A DNA stretch of 64,000 nucleotides from Felis catus (taxonomy: Eukaryota). The first letter of the stretch is position 1, and the number at the start of each line of letters is the position of its first letter. The notes beneath the pieces are model-generated. The model saw nothing but the letters and a program-made list of their open reading frames with translations, was not told the DNA's origin and ran no database searches. The position numbers were made by a program, and so were the translations under genes. Below, one piece after another: positions 61,768-64,000 of this stretch. The DNA is taken from positions 87,298,001 to 87,362,000 of the forward strand of contig NC_058368.1 of NCBI RefSeq assembly GCF_018350175.1, given 5' to 3'.

Positions 61768-62790
61768 TCGTAGGGTAATTCTGTTTTTAATTTGGGGGGA
61801 AACCTCCGTACTATTTTCCAGAGTGGCTGCACCAGTCTGCATTCCACCAACAGTGCAAAACGTTTCCCCTTTCTCTGCACCCTCACTACCATTTATAGTT
61901 TCCTGAGTTGTTAATTTGAGCCATTCTGACAGCGGTGAGATGGTATCTCATTGTGGTTTTGATTTCTGTTTCCCTGACGGTGAGTGATGTTGAGCATCTT
62001 TTTATGTCTCTATTAGCCATCTCTATGTATTCTTTGGAAAAGTGTCTATTCATGTCTTTTGTCCCTTTCTTCACTGGATTATTTGTTTTTTAGGTGTTGA
62101 GTTTGATAAGTTCTTTATAGATTAAGGATATTAACCCGTTATCTAATATTTCATTTGCAAATATCTTTTCCCATTCTGTCAGTTGCCTTTTAGTTTTGTT
62201 GATTGTTTATTTTGCTGTATTGCAACATTATTTATAATAGCCAACATATTGGAGAAATCCAAATGTCCATTGATAAGTGAATGGGTAAGAAAGATGTTAT
62301 ACAATAGAATATCATCCCGTCATCTTAAAAAGATGAGATAGTGCCATTTGTGACAACATGGATGGACCTAGAGTGTGTTATGCTAAGTGAAATAAGTCAG
62401 ACTGAGAAAGACAAATACCAATGATTTCATTCATGTATGGAATATAAAAAGAAAAAAAAGAAAAAATAAACAAAAAGCAGAATCAGATATATAGGTACAC
62501 AGAACAAACTAACGCTAAAAGGGATGCTAAAAGGGAAGAGGGTGGGAGGATAGGTAAAATGGGTAAAAGAGAGTGGAAAATACAGGCTTCCAGTTATGGA
62601 ATGAAGAAGTCATGAACATAAAAGGCACAGCACAGGGAACATAGTCAATGATATTGTAATAGTGATGTATGGAGACAGATAGTGGTTACAATTGTTCTGA
62701 GCATTGCATAATGTATAAACCTGTTGAATTATTCTGTTGTACACCTGACACTAATGTGACTATACTCAACAATGTCAATGATACTCAGAC
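61768..62790 (+). mobile_element. Old L1 3' end with 5' inversion (antisense 61768-62218, sense 62219-62790)
   Basis: Orientation switch at ~62219; the two parts are nearly adjacent in the L1 ORF2 C-terminal region. Confidence 0.7.
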
Positions 62791-62809
62791 TTTTTAAGGA
62801 GTTTTCATC

Positions 62810-63402
62810 ATTAACAGATACTGAATTTTTTCAAGTATTTATTCCACATTTATTAAAATAATAATATACTTTTTTTTTCTTTTATTGTATTTATGTTGTA
62901 TGTATTAATTGAGTTGCATATATTGAACCATCCTTGCATCCCAAGGATAAGTCCCACATTGATCGTGGGGCATGATGCTTTCAATGGGCTGCTGAATTCA
63001 GTGTGCTAGCATTTTACTGAGAATGTTTGCACCTATATTCATCACGGATATTGGTCTGCAGTTTTCTTTTCTGCTGGTGTCCTTATCTGGATTTTGTATT
63101 AAGGTAATACTGCCCTTTTTAAATGAGTTTGGCAGTGTTCCTTCCTCTGATTTTTTTGGAAGAGTTTGAGGTTTGGTGTTATTTCTTTTAAATATTTGGT
63201 AAAATTCACCAGTGAAGACATCTGGTCCTAGGCTTTTCTTTATTGGGAGATTTTTTTTATTACTGATTCAGTCTGTATAATAGTAATTGATCTATTCAGA
63301 TTTTCTATGTCTTCCTGATTCAGTTTTGGTAGTTTGTATGTTTCTCAAATTTTTCTCCATTATATCTAGGCTGTGCAGTTTGTTGCCATAAGTTGTTCAT
63401 AG
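62810..63402 (-). mobile_element. Ancient L1 ORF2 fragment
   Basis: TTGAACCATCCTTGCATCCC...TCTGGTCCTAGGCTTTTC...TTGTTCATAG antisense ORF2 sequence. Confidence 0.85.
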
Positions 63403-63418
63403 TGGCAAAGGTTAGTTT

Positions 63419-63618
63419 TATTTTTTTAAGTTGATTTATTTATTTTGAGAGAGAGCATGAGCAGAGGACAGGCAGAGGGAGAAGGAAAGAGAAAGAATCC
63501 CAAGAAGGCTCCATGCTCAGTGCAGAGCCCTACACAGGGCTCAATCTCCTGAAACTGTGAGATCATGACCTAAGTCAAAATCAACAGACACTTAACCGAC
63601 TGAACCACTCAGGCACAC
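63419..63618 (-). mobile_element. CanSINE
   Basis: TSD TGGCAA(A/G)GGTTAGTTT at 63403-63418 and 63619-63634. Confidence 0.92.
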
Positions 63619-63858
63619 TGGCAAGGGTTAGTTTAAAAGAATGACCTACCACAATCTCATGTTCTAGGAGTTTGCTAGAATCATCCACCTTTGAAGAAAT
63701 TAACAGATGAAAATGTCCAAAAAGGGACAGAGATGAAAGAACAGCCAGTAAAAGTTTACAGAAAATATTAATAGAGAAAGGGTGATGTTCTAAAATCAAA
63801 TATCATCTTTCTCTACCTCTTTTAGGTGGTGTTCTAACTGATGTGTTGTTCCTTGTAG

Positions 63859-64000
63859 ATTCAGGTGGGCGCTGGATAGACATGCTAATGGCACTGTCCC
63901 AGATGGCTTCATTCTCTTGGGCTTCTCGGATAACCCTAGGCTAGAAATGACCCTATTTATGGCGGTTTCTGTCTTTTACACAGTCACACTAGTGGGCAAC
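63859..64000 (+). CDS. 5' part of an olfactory receptor coding exon (OR2W-like), cut off by the window end; no ATG before the N-glycosylation site
   Basis: Hand translation from 63872: LDRHANGTVPDGFILLGFSDNPRLEMTLFMAVSVFYTVTLVGN (NGT site, FILLGFS, TM1 GN); branch point CTAAC and acceptor TTGTTCCTTGTAG ending at 63858; absent from the ORF track. Confidence 0.85.

Noticed and set aside
63882..63905. ATGs at 63882, 63888 and 63903 as the start of the third OR
   Set aside because: All are out of frame with the FILLGFS...GN reading frame

Overview
Mammalian genomic DNA from a feliform carnivore, very likely a felid, judged by the CanSINE/SINEC_Fc-type SINEs and cat-type L1s. The window is part of a class II (family 2) olfactory-receptor cluster buried in retrotransposons. 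It holds three OR loci: (i) an open but motif-degenerate OR at 2224-3156 (+); (ii) an intact OR2B11 orthologue at 22860-23828 (-); (iii) the first 43 codons of an OR2W-like gene at the right edge (+). The third has CTG where the start ATG is expected, but two upstream consensus splice donors (exon ends 58651 and 58889) each carry an ATG that splices in frame, so it is a candidate OR with a split coding region. This is the most interesting gene-level signal. More than half of the window is L1: four young near-full-length dead copies that look like mosaics of each other, and an 11.3-kb nested stack inside one old L1 that still has its target-site duplication (TSD). There are also a triplicated target site, twin-primed inversions, a perfect 66-bp fold-back palindrome, about 24 SINEs, MaLR/ERVL LTRs and MIRs. 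No CRISPR array, rRNA or bona fide tRNA gene was seen, and no wholly new multi-gene system is supported. Repeat-family names and OR orthology come from recognition, not database searches, and repeat boundaries are approximate unless a TSD is quoted.
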